Below the pieces are notes generated by a model. The model was not told the DNA's origin and ran no database searches. It saw only the letters and a program-made list of their open reading frames with translations. The translations under genes and the position numbers were made by a program. This document shows positions 40,421 to 50,869 of a DNA stretch of 64,000 bases, piece by piece. The stretch covers positions 576,001-640,000 of the forward strand of contig OZ245020.1 in the NCBI GenBank assembly GCA_965223865.1. The letters are read 5' to 3'. Position 1 is the first letter of the stretch. Each line of letters opens with the position of its first letter. The DNA is from Nitrosarchaeum sp. (GTDB lineage: Archaea; Thermoproteota; Nitrososphaeria; Nitrososphaerales; Nitrosopumilaceae).

Positions 40421-40880
40421 CAGCTCCCGAGTGTGGTAAAAATATTCGCTCTTCTACTTTCATCTCAATATAGTCAATTATACTATGAAATAATTTTCTA
40501 AATACTTCTTCTTCTGAATCTGCTTGAATTGGAAATAAGACCCCATCATTTTGGATAGATATGGGTCTATGTCTGTTTCCAATGATGTGTCCTAAAAGCA
40601 CTAAAACATCATTTGTGTTTGTCTTTACTTTTACAGAAATTATTTTTTCTGGTAACTGCTCTATGGCAATTTTTCTCTCATCATTTTTTATAATATCACC
40701 ATTACGAAGTTTTACGCCCGGGGTTAAATTCAAACCAACATCTGTTCCATGATCAGTTTTTCTTCTCAAAATTCTTTTCTCTAATTCCATTCGTGTAACT
40801 TTGAGTTTTTCATAATTTTCTTGATTTTGCTCAAATCCTTTATCAAAAATATTTCCAATTGGTGAATTTACTTCTATCAC
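40404..40880 (-). CDS. ureE: Urease accessory Ni chaperone UreE
   Basis: TDHGTDVGL, LRNGD, LGHIIGNRH, HEH tail. Confidence 0.93.
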   Translation of the reverse strand: MIEVNSPIGNIFDKGFEQNQENYEKLKVTRMELEKRILRRKTDHGTDVGLNLTPGVKLRNGDIIKNDERKIAIEQLPEKIISVKVKTNTNDVLVLLGHIIGNRHRPISIQNDGVLFPIQADSEEEVFRKLFHSIIDYIEMKVEERIFLPHSGADVHEH

Positions 40881-40965
40881 AAATAATTTTAAATTTTGAC
40901 AAAGTTAAATTTTCTCAAATATTATTGGATTAATTATTAAATAATATAGCTAATTATTCAATTCA

Positions 40966-41268
40966 ATGATGCTTACTCCGCGAGAATTAGAAAAATTAAA
41001 CGTATTTGTTGCAGCAGAACTGGCCCGTAGAAGAAAAAATCGAGGTTTGAAATTAAATCATCCTGAAGCAGTATCCCTTATTTCTGATCATATTTTAGAG
41101 GGTGCAAGAGACGGACGAACAGTACCAGAACTTATGAGCTCTGGAAAAAAAGTTCTAACAAAAGATGATGTTTTACCCGGTGTTGCAGAACTTATTCATT
41201 CCATTCAAGTAGAAGCAACTTTTGAAGATGGAACTAAACTAGTAACAGTCCATGATCCAATAGTGTGA
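40966..41268 (+). CDS. ureA: Urease gamma subunit
   Basis: [35 protein letters not shown]. Confidence 0.98.
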   Translation: MMLTPRELEKLNVFVAAELARRRKNRGLKLNHPEAVSLISDHILEGARDGRTVPELMSSGKKVLTKDDVLPGVAELIHSIQVEATFEDGTKLVTVHDPIV

Positions 41269-41642
41269 AAAATATGATTCCTGGAGAGTATTTTCTATCT
41301 GATGAGCCCATAATTGCAAATGAAGGAAAATCTACTAAATCTATTAGTGTTAAAAATACTGGTGATAGACCAATTCAGGTAGGATCTCACACACATTTCT
41401 TTGAAGTAAACAAGGCACTTGAATTTCAAAGAGAGCATGCATATGGTCACCATCTGAATATTCCGGCGGGAACCTCAGTAAGATTTGAGCCTGGAGAAAC
41501 AAGAGAAGTTGAATTAACTGAATTTGGTGGAAAAAAAATTGTCTATGGATTTAGTGGTCTTGTAAATGGATCTTTGTCTGAAAAACAAGAAGAGGCAATT
41601 AAAAAAGCAAAAGAAAAGAGATTTCGAGGAATAGGATCATGA
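41265..41642 (+). CDS. ureB: Urease beta subunit
   Basis: [36 protein letters not shown]. Confidence 0.98.
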   Translation: MKNMIPGEYFLSDEPIIANEGKSTKSISVKNTGDRPIQVGSHTHFFEVNKALEFQREHAYGHHLNIPAGTSVRFEPGETREVELTEFGGKKIVYGFSGLVNGSLSEKQEEAIKKAKEKRFRGIGS

Positions 41643-43351
41643 CCCTGACTATTCCAAGAAAAAATTATGCTGATTTGTTTGGACCAACCACTGGCGATAG
41701 GATTCGTCTTGCTGATACTGAATTGATTATTGAAATTGAAAAAGATTTGATCAAATATGGAGATGAATCTGTCTTTGGTGGAGGAAAAAGTGTAAGAGAT
41801 GGCCTAGGACAGGCAAGTGGTGTTTCAAGAGAGAACTCTCTTGATCTTGTAATAACAAATGCTATTGTGATGGATCCAGTTTTAGGAATCATTAAAGCTG
41901 ACATTGGGGTAAAAGATGGAAAAATTGTAGGCGTTGGAAACGCCGGAAACCCAAATGTTATGGATGACATTGATATGATAATTTCATCAAACACTGAGGT
42001 AATAGCAGGTGAGAATACAATTTGTACTCCTGGTACCATTGATTCACATATTCATTTTATTTCTCCGCAACAAGCAATACATGCAATTTGTAATGGTACT
42101 ACTACAATGATTGGAGGGGGAACAGGTCCAGCTGATGGAACAAATGCAACAACATGTACTCCTGGAGAATGGAACATTCAAAGAATGATAGAATCTATTG
42201 ATGAACTTCCTCTAAACTTTGGTTTTCTTGCAAAAGGGAATGATTCTCTTGAAACTGCATTAATTGAACAAATCAAAGCAGGAGCTTGTGGATTAAAATT
42301 GCATGAGGATTGGGGAACAACCCCTGCAGCAATTGATTCGGCATTAAGTGTAGCTGATAAAACTGACATCCAAGTTGCAATTCATACAGATACCCTAAAT
42401 GAATGTGGATTTGTTGATGATACAATTGAGGCAATTGCTGGAAGAACAATTCATACTTATCACACAGAAGGAGCTGGTGGTGGTCATGCCCCTGACATTA
42501 TGAAAATTGCAGGTGAAGCAAACATTCTTCCATCATCTACAAATCCTACAAGGCCTTTTACTGTAAATACACTTGCTGAACATCTTGATATGATGATGGT
42601 TTGTCATCATCTAAATTCATCAGTTCCTGAGGATGTCTCCTTTGCAGAATCACGTATTAGAGGAGAAACAATTGCAGCTGAAGATGTTCTTCATGATATT
42701 GGAGCCTTGAGTATGATGTCCTCCGATAGTCAGGCCATGGGAAGGGTAGGAGAAGTAACCACCCGAAACTGGCAGACAGCTGATAAAATGAAAAAGATGA
42801 AAGGCAAATTGCCTGAAGACAATGACAAAAATGATAATCATAGAGTAAAGAGATACCTTGCAAAAATTACTATCAATCCTGCCATCACTCATGGCATTTC
42901 AGAATATGTTGGCTCACTCCAACCAGGTAAATTGGCTGATATTGTGATTTGGTCACCTCAATTTTTTGGTGTAAAACCCAAAATCATAGTCAAAGGAGGC
43001 TTTATTGCATATTCATTGATGGGTGATCCTAATGCTTCAATTCCAACGACTGAACCAGTATTATATCGACCGATGTTTGGTTCTCTTGGTGAGACAAAAC
43101 GTTTTACTTCTGTAACTTTTACATCAAAACTCGCATTAGATAATGGTCTTGAAGTAAAAGTAACATCAAAAAAGAAATTGGTTCCTGTAAAAAACTGTCG
43201 TAAAATTGGTAAAAAAGACATGTTGTACAATGATCTTACTCCACAAATTGAGATTAATCCTGAAACCTACGAAGTTAAAGTTGATGGTGACATTGCAACC
43301 ATAGATCCTGCAGACAAAATTTCTATGGCAAGACTTTACAACTTGTTTTGA
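41639..43351 (+). CDS. ureC: Urease alpha subunit
   Basis: [49 protein letters not shown]. Confidence 0.99.
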   Translation: MTLTIPRKNYADLFGPTTGDRIRLADTELIIEIEKDLIKYGDESVFGGGKSVRDGLGQASGVSRENSLDLVITNAIVMDPVLGIIKADIGVKDGKIVGVGNAGNPNVMDDIDMIISSNTEVIAGENTICTPGTIDSHIHFISPQQAIHAICNGTTTMIGGGTGPADGTNATTCTPGEWNIQRMIESIDELPLNFGFLAKGNDSLETALIEQIKAGACGLKLHEDWGTTPAAIDSALSVADKTDIQVAIHTDTLNECGFVDDTIEAIAGRTIHTYHTEGAGGGHAPDIMKIAGEANILPSSTNPTRPFTVNTLAEHLDMMMVCHHLNSSVPEDVSFAESRIRGETIAAEDVLHDIGALSMMSSDSQAMGRVGEVTTRNWQTADKMKKMKGKLPEDNDKNDNHRVKRYLAKITINPAITHGISEYVGSLQPGKLADIVIWSPQFFGVKPKIIVKGGFIAYSLMGDPNASIPTTEPVLYRPMFGSLGETKRFTSVTFTSKLALDNGLEVKVTSKKKLVPVKNCRKIGKKDMLYNDLTPQIEINPETYEVKVDGDIATIDPADKISMARLYNLF

Positions 43352-43458
43352 AGTATCACCAACTTGATTATTTTTTCAACTATCATAACCATTGATGTAA
43401 TTACCACTATTGAAAAAAAGTTGCTCAGATTAAATATAATAAATCAGTATTTTAGTTA

Positions 43459-43548
43459 ATGGGTAAAATTTGTGATGCATTGTTAAAACTTGAGGGCAAA
43501 TATACAAAACATCACTCCGGTTATTTAGGCGAGAAAGTATGGATATAA
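43459..43548 (+). CDS. Putative 29-aa microprotein MGKICDALLKLEGKYTKHHSGYLGEKVWI
   Basis: ATG ~25 nt after TATA-like TTAAATATAA; overlaps the next small ORF. Confidence 0.35.
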   Translation: MGKICDALLKLEGKYTKHHSGYLGEKVWI

Positions 43549-43655
43549 CAGTTCTTTCCTCTACTATAGGTGTTAGTTTTGCAATTGTGGCTCTTTGGTA
43601 TATTGCAATGCGTCAAGATAAAGAAATTGAAGAACAAGGAAGTATGACAGCTTAG
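43539..43655 (+). CDS. Putative 38-aa single-TM microprotein
   Basis: MDITVLSSTIGVSFAIVALWYIAMRQDKEIEEQGSMTA: hydrophobic helix plus charged tail. Confidence 0.55.
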   Translation: MDITVLSSTIGVSFAIVALWYIAMRQDKEIEEQGSMTA

Positions 43656-43834
43656 CAATTAAAATTATTTTAAAGAAAAATACTTCGTTGAAAATCACTT
43701 TTTTTCTTTTTTTAAATCTGCATTAGTCCTGAAAAAAATATCATCAGAAAAATACATTATTTTTCTTGGCAATAATTGAAAATCCATAACAAATAATGCT
43801 TTTTTATTTCAACAAGTCATTTTAGTACCAAGAA

Positions 43835-44275
43835 ATGATTCCAAAAATTAAAAAAATTCTTGTTTTATTGGATGGTTCTCAAAACTCATTTCGTGCCCTT
43901 GATCAAGCAATTATTCTTGCTAAAGCAAGCGACTCTATAATTATTGGACTAAACGTTGTTTCATTTTATACGATGGGCTTTCAACCTTTTACTTCAATTA
44001 CAGTTCACTCTCCAATTGAAAAAATATTGGAAAAAGAATCTTTACAATTCCTAAAACAGGCAAAATCAAGATGCAATGAAAATGGTGTCTCCTTTTCAAG
44101 TATTATAATTCACGGTCCAGAGGGTCGTACAATAATTTCATTTATTCAAAAAAATAAATTTGATCTTGTAGTTGTTGGTTCTCGAGGCAGAGGTTCAATT
44201 AGAGAAATATTTCTTGGCAGTGTTTCAAACTATGTTTTACATAGAACACACACTCCTGTACTTGTTGTAAAATAA
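43835..44275 (+). CDS. Universal stress protein
   Basis: KILVLLDGS, DLVVVGSRG, FLGSVS..V, PVLVVK. Confidence 0.95.
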   Translation: MIPKIKKILVLLDGSQNSFRALDQAIILAKASDSIIIGLNVVSFYTMGFQPFTSITVHSPIEKILEKESLQFLKQAKSRCNENGVSFSSIIIHGPEGRTIISFIQKNKFDLVVVGSRGRGSIREIFLGSVSNYVLHRTHTPVLVVK

Positions 44276-44392
44276 TTTGGTGGTATTTGAATTACAAGAT
44301 ACAAATTGCAAATACAATATTAATTAAAAATAATTTACAAGAAAATTATTTTGTTCCTTTTATTATGTAAAAAGATTTTCTAACCCAATATC

Positions 44393-44557
44393 TTACCAAG
44401 TACCTGTTCTTCCCTCAAAGTTCGGATCCATTTTCTTTTCAGGAACATTTCCATGTGCTTTTTTCATATGTCTTTTTAGTCGTTCAAAATTATGCAATTC
44501 CAATCCACATTCTTTGCATTTTGTTTCATTTTTATTTTCTTTACGAAATAATCCCAA
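44393..44557 (-). CDS. 54-aa C2H2 zinc-finger protein
   Basis: TTG start; MGLFRKENKNETKCKECGLELHNFERLKRHMKKAHG... has Cx2C-x12-Hx4H. Confidence 0.75.
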   Translation of the reverse strand: MGLFRKENKNETKCKECGLELHNFERLKRHMKKAHGNVPEKKMDPNFEGRTGTW

Positions 44558-44760
44558 GATAAAACAATTCGATCAAGCATACTATTAAAAATTTAATACA
44601 ACATGAACAAGAAAATTATCTTTATGGTTTGGATATAATTATTGAGATTGTAAGAAAAAGTCTCAAACATGAGTAGTCTTGTTAATCCAATGAATTACAC
44701 ATCTCTTTGGATTCAACTAAAGATATGAATTCTTAAATTCTTTAATCATATGATGATAAT

Positions 44761-44850
44761 ATGAAAAGAGCAAAAAGTTCAAGATACCAAAAATTAATGT
44801 GGGCTTTGGTTGGTATTTGTGCTGCAATAATACTATTGGTGAATATGTGA
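44761..44850 (+). CDS. Putative 29-aa membrane microprotein
   Basis: MKRAKSSRYQKLMWALVGICAAIILLVNM: basic N-terminus plus TM helix. Confidence 0.45.
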   Translation: MKRAKSSRYQKLMWALVGICAAIILLVNM

Positions 44851-45254
44851 AAATAATTGTGATATAATATTGAACCAATTGAATGCTCAATTTTTATAAA
44901 AATTTTATAATTTATCCTATCTTCTCTTAATACGTAAACCAGAAAGAAGTATCGATCATTTAACAAAATTAAAAATTATTCAAAGTCGTAAATTAGCAAT
45001 CTTAAACTCCAAGTTTTCTATATAGTAATAAAGAAATATTTTGTAATAAAGGATAGAAAAATTATAATAATTACATAATCTAATCAAACTAGACAAAAAA
45101 GCATGTATTTGATCCAAGAAATATAGAAATTTCAAAAAAACTAGGATTCAAACAAAATATTTGATTGATGTAAAAAATAGGCATAAATTCTACAATTTGT
45201 GGATGAATCGTCCATTAGGCTTAAATACAAACTTCAAAGAAAAAATTCAATAAC

Positions 45255-48200
45255 ATGAATAACGAAATAGGACGTAAAATAACTAGTCTTACATTAATGA
45301 CAATTATGGTTGCCGGTGGACTGACATTTGCTGTCCCGGGTGTAATGCCTGCAGCACATGCAGCCAACGCTAATCTTTTTGTTTCCGCAGAAAACTCTCA
45401 ATTTGATAACTACATGTCAGGACCTCAAGTAATTGAGGTAGTAATAATTGATTCAGATATCAATGAAACTGATGAATCAAAAGGTGAGCCAGATGTTGAA
45501 GTAAACGGCCAGGACCTTAGAATGGTTCAAGCCGTTGACGGAAACTGGTATGGTTACTTTGCAGATATAACGCGTGCAACAATTGCTGATGCAACATCCA
45601 CAGTCCCAGGTGTCGGATTGGACTTCGGTTCTGTCTGTACTCCAGCTGAGGGTACCACCTCAACAGGAATGGACTTTAGTGATGCAGATGGTGTTGCAAC
45701 AAACTCTGCTGTTTGTGCTGGCGCTCCTGCTGTTCCTTCGATACTAAATGTACTCAGAGAAGCAAAGGACGTTAACACTGTTACAGCTAATCCTCCAGAT
45801 TTAACAACTCCTGGTCATTGGCCATTCATTCAACTTTATGACCTAAGCGTAGGTGGTAACGTAGTCGTTCAGTATAACAAAGGTGGTGGTGTTCAAACAA
45901 CAACACTAACTTATGATACTGTTGAAAACTATGCATCCGCCTCATTAGACAGGTCTTTCTATGCTCCAGGTATGGAAGTTCATGCAACCATCACAGATCT
46001 TTGGTTAAACATTGATCCAACTGATGAGGATTCATGGACATTTGCTACCCAAGTAGATGGACCTGCCAATACACTCGGTCCATACTATCAGATATTTGAT
46101 GAAAACGGTGCCGTAGCAGGAGACGACGATGGTGTCGCTGCTAGTGTTTATAGATTAAATGCATCGGAAAGAGATGACCTCCTATGTGAGGACAACTGTA
46201 TTATTCGCCTTAACATAAACACACAAGGTGCTCCTGACGATGTAATTGGTATTCAAGATAACGATGACAGTGAAGTTCTTGGTGCTGGTCCTGACAATGA
46301 TGCAACAACAGCTGCAACATTGACATTACCAGCCGGAACAGGTCCATTAACCTTCACAGAACAAGGCCCAAACAGTGGTGTATTTAGTTCAACTGATGAA
46401 TCAGATGTATCTAACATTATAATTTCAGCTATTGCTGAAAGAGGCACATCTGGTACAATGGATTATAACGAAAATCCAGTATCTATCCTAGTAGGATTTA
46501 CTTCTGGTTCAATCGATATCCAACCAGTTGACGATGAATGGAATTCTGGTGAGGAAATTCCAGTTGTAGTAAATGATCACGACTTGAACACAAACAGTCG
46601 TGCAGATGAAGATTTGGATTTATTTAATCCAGATGTTGATCACATTCCTACACTAGAAACTGGTTCTCCAATAACACTAGAAGAAACAGTCGTTGCAACA
46701 CTTGATGGCGCTGATGTACTTGGAGGCGCACGAACTTACGATGAAACAATTGAACAATTCTCTCAAAGATTATTCCTTGAAACTACTGGAGTTGTTCCTC
46801 TAGATGACGGTGATTCACTTATCATTGGACTCGATCAAACATTCGAGGACTTGTATGATGAAATCGGTCAAGATGGAGTAGACGGCTTTAGTGGCACATC
46901 TCTTATCAACTACGATGTTAGATCATTATTTAACAATGCAGATATTGACTCTGTAGACATCAGTGTTTCTGATGGTACAGACACAATACTCTTAGTAGAT
47001 GATGGAGATTCACAAGGACTTGTCAATTTAGAAGATCTTGGAGTATTTACACCAGGACCTGACTTCTTCGATCTAGATGAAGATGAACTAATTGACATTA
47101 TCATTGACTTTGATACTGACGGTGCATCCACTGCAATTCCTGCAAACACTGTAATGCCTGTTGTTGTTGACTTCTTCTCATTTGGTTTCATTGATGATGG
47201 TGAGGCAAGTAACGATAGAGTTGCTAACCAAATCATCAGATTGGAACTAGAAGAGACAGGTGATAACACAGGATTGTTTGAAGGCTCATTAGAATATACT
47301 ATGATCAACCAGCTCAACATCTTAGATGATGAGACATATGAAGATCTTAGTACAATTGCAGATGATCCATCATTCATTGTAATTGAAGATCTAACAGATG
47401 AAGACTCACCAAGAGTAAACTACTTGGAGATTATCGATGACGGTGTGCCAACAAAGCGTGCTGATCAAGAAGAAGCCCCAAGTCACTCAGGTATTGTCTC
47501 ATTTGATATGGATACTTACAAGGTAGCTGACACTGTTTATATCACTCTCGAAGACCAAGACCTAAACGTTGATTCTGACTTACTTGAAATCTATACTACT
47601 GTTGGCGATGACACTGATATTGCATTTGGTACTGTAGGAGCTGAAGACCTTCCGGAACTATCATTTGGTCCACTAGGTAGACTACTTGATGTCACATTTG
47701 ATGATATTAGGTGGCAAACTCCAACAGGTACATGTGCAGCAGAACTTGCTGGTACTGATGATACTGGCCTAGATGCCGTCACATTCAGCCTAGTTGAAAC
47801 TGGTGCTGAAACTGGTATCTTCATAGGAAGTTTCGAAATACCAGACAGATGGTGTCGTGCTGATGATGCTAGTGTAGAAACAACTACTGGTTTAGATATT
47901 GAAGTTAATTATGTCGACTTTAGAGATGCTTCAGGTGAAATCATTGAGGTAGGAGATAGTGCTGGAGTTAGAGCACATACCGGTTCAGTCAGTCTTGATA
48001 GAACCGTCTATCCAGTACCATTTGGTATCGCAAGTAATTTCGCATCAACTAGTGAGACATCTCCAGATGGTAGAGCCATATTCCCAATCCACGCAAGTGG
48101 AATGAATACGGCTGGCACTCCAAGAGAAGCTGCAGGTCTACAAACTGGTGAATTCTTGCCAGGTGGTGACTTGCAAGTTCATCTTAGAGTAAACGACCCA

Positions 48201-50774
48201 GACTTTGATACATCAGGTGCAGGTGAAAACTTCATCGAACAAAACAGAGCTGACGAACCTGTCGGACCTGTTGAAATCTCTGTAATTAGAGGTTCTGATA
48301 CTGTGATCCTCGGTTATGCTGGTGGTCCAGAATCTAACATAGGAGAATCTAACGAAGGTTACATCAATGTCGGAACAACACTAATTGGAAACGGCATCAT
48401 AGATGACGCATCTGAATTAGTTGATTATTCCGGCGGTGCAGGCTTCGTAGATGGTCAAGATGTAGTAATTTCACAAGTAGGCGCAGAAGATGCAGAAGGA
48501 ACTTACTTCGATGTTTCAGCTGGTGTACTTAATCTAGGTGAAATCGACATTATAGATGATGGTGCTGATTTCACTTCAGGTCCAGTAACAGTTGAAGGAG
48601 CTAGTTCTGGAGCAATTGCAATAGTGTTGTTTGAGGATATGAACAGTGATAATGAAGTCGCAGCAGCCGAACTCGTAGATGTTCTTGCATCTGACGATTT
48701 CTTTGATCCAACTGAAGATGTATTCATCTCTCAAGCACCAGGCCCTGGTATTCCAGGTAGCTCTGATGATTCAGAGGGTGTATTTACAGATGTAATAGGT
48801 TCATTTGGTTCTGGTAGCATTGTTGACTTCGTATATGATCCTCTAGCAGGACCTCTAACAGGACCAAATGCTGACTTTACTGATGGTTTACCCGTCACTA
48901 TTAGTTCAGCTACCTCTACTGAAGATGCAACAGCAATATTTGATGATGCACCAATAGTAAGAGAATTTGGACCAATCGAAGAGATTGCACCAGATGCAGG
49001 AATCTTTGAGCTTGACTTTGAAGTAAGATATACCGATGGTCCAGCTGATGCAAGATGTCCAGAAACTCTTGACTTTGAACCACTAGATGATTCTGATCCA
49101 GCTGGAACAAATCCAGAGTTGCATAGATTTACATCAACCTCAGGTGCAGGTGAGAACTTCTGTGTACTACAAGGAGATATCCTCCAAGTAGAATACGAAG
49201 ATCCAACTGACGCTTCTGGTGATGCAAACACTGTTACTGACTCTGCAACATTTGACCTAAGAAACGGTGTATTACAATCTGACAAATCAGTTTACATTAT
49301 CGGATCTGACATGATCTTAACCCTCATTGAGCCAGACCTTGATCTGGACAATGACCAGGCTGAGACATGGGACTTAGACTTAATTGAATGGGACTCTGAT
49401 GCCGCAACAATTACCATGGGTAATGCTGACGGTGAAGGAGCCGCATTTGATCCAGAACCATCTGACTTTAGAGAAACAGGTGACAGCACTGGTATATTCC
49501 AGATTGTCATTGAAATTCCTGAAGTATTAGAAGGTGACAGATTAGAAAGAGGAGAAGAAATTATCCTTGAGTATACTGACTGGGGTCCATCCGGATCTGA
49601 CTATGTAGGTGAGGAAGATGAAGATGTCAACTTGACACTTTACACTTCTAACTTCGGAGCAACTGTAGAACTTGACCAAAAAGTCTATTCTTGGACTGAC
49701 AAAGTATACGTAACCGTTGTTGCACCAGACCACAACTTTGACGGTGACTTAGTTGATGAAATCGGTGAGACTGATCTTGATCCAATAAAGATCTCGACCA
49801 GAGGATTCGATCTTGACAACTATAAACTAGTCGAAACTGGTACTGACACCGGCATCTTCACTGGTGAGGTAATCCTTACAGGATTCCCACATGATGCTGA
49901 CGGTGATGCAACCACTGGTGATAGTGGTATTGATACTAACCCACGTACATCAGGTGACGGTCCAACCGATGGATTCCTACAAACTGATGATGATGACGGT
50001 ATTACTGTCTCCTTTGAATTCTCAGAGGATGAAACAGTAGTCGGCTCAGCACTCATCAGATGGAACATTGGTGAAGTCCAATGGCTTGAGGCAAGCTATC
50101 CAGCAACCGGTACAGGTGTTGTAAGAATAATTGACCCAGACATGAACTTAGATCCAGAAGCAGTCGACAACTTCGATGTCGATGTGTGGTCTGACTCCGA
50201 CGCCGGAGGTATTGACCTTACTGTAACTGAGACTAATGAGGCAACTGGAATATTCGAAGGAACTGTGTTCTTCACAGTAACTGACGAATCATCTGGTCAC
50301 AGACTCAGAGTCGCAGAAGGTGACACTGTCACTGCAGAATATGAGGACAATACACTACCTGATCCATATACAACTGCAGATGAACTTGATATCACTGCCA
50401 CTTCACTCATAGGTACTGTTGTACCACCTCTAGAGAGAGCACCAATTGCTAGCTGTAGAGTAGTTGATGCATTTGATAACACTCTAAGTAGTGTATCAGT
50501 TGATCAACAAGTACAAATTGTCTGTGATATAGCAAATGGCCAAGATAGAGACCAACCATTTGCATACTTGATACAGATTCAGGATGCTAACGGTGTTACA
50601 GTTCAACTAGCATGGATTACTGGTTCATTAACTGCTGGTCAATCATTCAGTCCGTCACAATCATGGATTCCACAACAAGCAGGAGCATACACTGCCACTG
50701 CATTTGTATGGGAGTCTGTTGATAACCCAACGGCATTATCACCACCAGTAGACACACCAATAACTGTCAACTAA
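45255..50774 (+). CDS. S-layer protein (Nitrosopumilus type), very acidic, multi Ig-like domain
   Basis: MNNEIGRKITSLTLMTIMVAGG...ANANLFVSAENSQF; repeated ETGxxTGxFxG motifs; C-terminal WESVDNPTALSPP; TATA TTAAATA at ~45221. Confidence 0.93.
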   Translation: MNNEIGRKITSLTLMTIMVAGGLTFAVPGVMPAAHAANANLFVSAENSQFDNYMSGPQVIEVVIIDSDINETDESKGEPDVEVNGQDLRMVQAVDGNWYGYFADITRATIADATSTVPGVGLDFGSVCTPAEGTTSTGMDFSDADGVATNSAVCAGAPAVPSILNVLREAKDVNTVTANPPDLTTPGHWPFIQLYDLSVGGNVVVQYNKGGGVQTTTLTYDTVENYASASLDRSFYAPGMEVHATITDLWLNIDPTDEDSWTFATQVDGPANTLGPYYQIFDENGAVAGDDDGVAASVYRLNASERDDLLCEDNCIIRLNINTQGAPDDVIGIQDNDDSEVLGAGPDNDATTAATLTLPAGTGPLTFTEQGPNSGVFSSTDESDVSNIIISAIAERGTSGTMDYNENPVSILVGFTSGSIDIQPVDDEWNSGEEIPVVVNDHDLNTNSRADEDLDLFNPDVDHIPTLETGSPITLEETVVATLDGADVLGGARTYDETIEQFSQRLFLETTGVVPLDDGDSLIIGLDQTFEDLYDEIGQDGVDGFSGTSLINYDVRSLFNNADIDSVDISVSDGTDTILLVDDGDSQGLVNLEDLGVFTPGPDFFDLDEDELIDIIIDFDTDGASTAIPANTVMPVVVDFFSFGFIDDGEASNDRVANQIIRLELEETGDNTGLFEGSLEYTMINQLNILDDETYEDLSTIADDPSFIVIEDLTDEDSPRVNYLEIIDDGVPTKRADQEEAPSHSGIVSFDMDTYKVADTVYITLEDQDLNVDSDLLEIYTTVGDDTDIAFGTVGAEDLPELSFGPLGRLLDVTFDDIRWQTPTGTCAAELAGTDDTGLDAVTFSLVETGAETGIFIGSFEIPDRWCRADDASVETTTGLDIEVNYVDFRDASGEIIEVGDSAGVRAHTGSVSLDRTVYPVPFGIASNFASTSETSPDGRAIFPIHASGMNTAGTPREAAGLQTGEFLPGGDLQVHLRVNDPDFDTSGAGENFIEQNRADEPVGPVEISVIRGSDTVILGYAGGPESNIGESNEGYINVGTTLIGNGIIDDASELVDYSGGAGFVDGQDVVISQVGAEDAEGTYFDVSAGVLNLGEIDIIDDGADFTSGPVTVEGASSGAIAIVLFEDMNSDNEVAAAELVDVLASDDFFDPTEDVFISQAPGPGIPGSSDDSEGVFTDVIGSFGSGSIVDFVYDPLAGPLTGPNADFTDGLPVTISSATSTEDATAIFDDAPIVREFGPIEEIAPDAGIFELDFEVRYTDGPADARCPETLDFEPLDDSDPAGTNPELHRFTSTSGAGENFCVLQGDILQVEYEDPTDASGDANTVTDSATFDLRNGVLQSDKSVYIIGSDMILTLIEPDLDLDNDQAETWDLDLIEWDSDAATITMGNADGEGAAFDPEPSDFRETGDSTGIFQIVIEIPEVLEGDRLERGEEIILEYTDWGPSGSDYVGEEDEDVNLTLYTSNFGATVELDQKVYSWTDKVYVTVVAPDHNFDGDLVDEIGETDLDPIKISTRGFDLDNYKLVETGTDTGIFTGEVILTGFPHDADGDATTGDSGIDTNPRTSGDGPTDGFLQTDDDDGITVSFEFSEDETVVGSALIRWNIGEVQWLEASYPATGTGVVRIIDPDMNLDPEAVDNFDVDVWSDSDAGGIDLTVTETNEATGIFEGTVFFTVTDESSGHRLRVAEGDTVTAEYEDNTLPDPYTTADELDITATSLIGTVVPPLERAPIASCRVVDAFDNTLSSVSVDQQVQIVCDIANGQDRDQPFAYLIQIQDANGVTVQLAWITGSLTAGQSFSPSQSWIPQQAGAYTATAFVWESVDNPTALSPPVDTPITVN

Positions 50775-50793
50775 GACTAGAAAATTCACACTA

Positions 50794-50810
50794 TTCCTTT
50801 TCTTTTTTTT
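50794..50810 (+). terminator. Oligo-T archaeal terminator after the S-layer gene
   Basis: TTCCTTTTCTTTTTTTT about 20 nt after the stop. Confidence 0.6.
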
Positions 50811-50869
50811 GAATCACTCTTAACGAAAGTTATAGACAATTTTTCCAGAAGTAATATCTAGTAGAAGAT

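Noticed and set aside
44742-44966. 74-aa minus-strand ORF
   Set aside because: Low-complexity AT-driven composition; the opposite-strand 29-aa ORF is more protein-like
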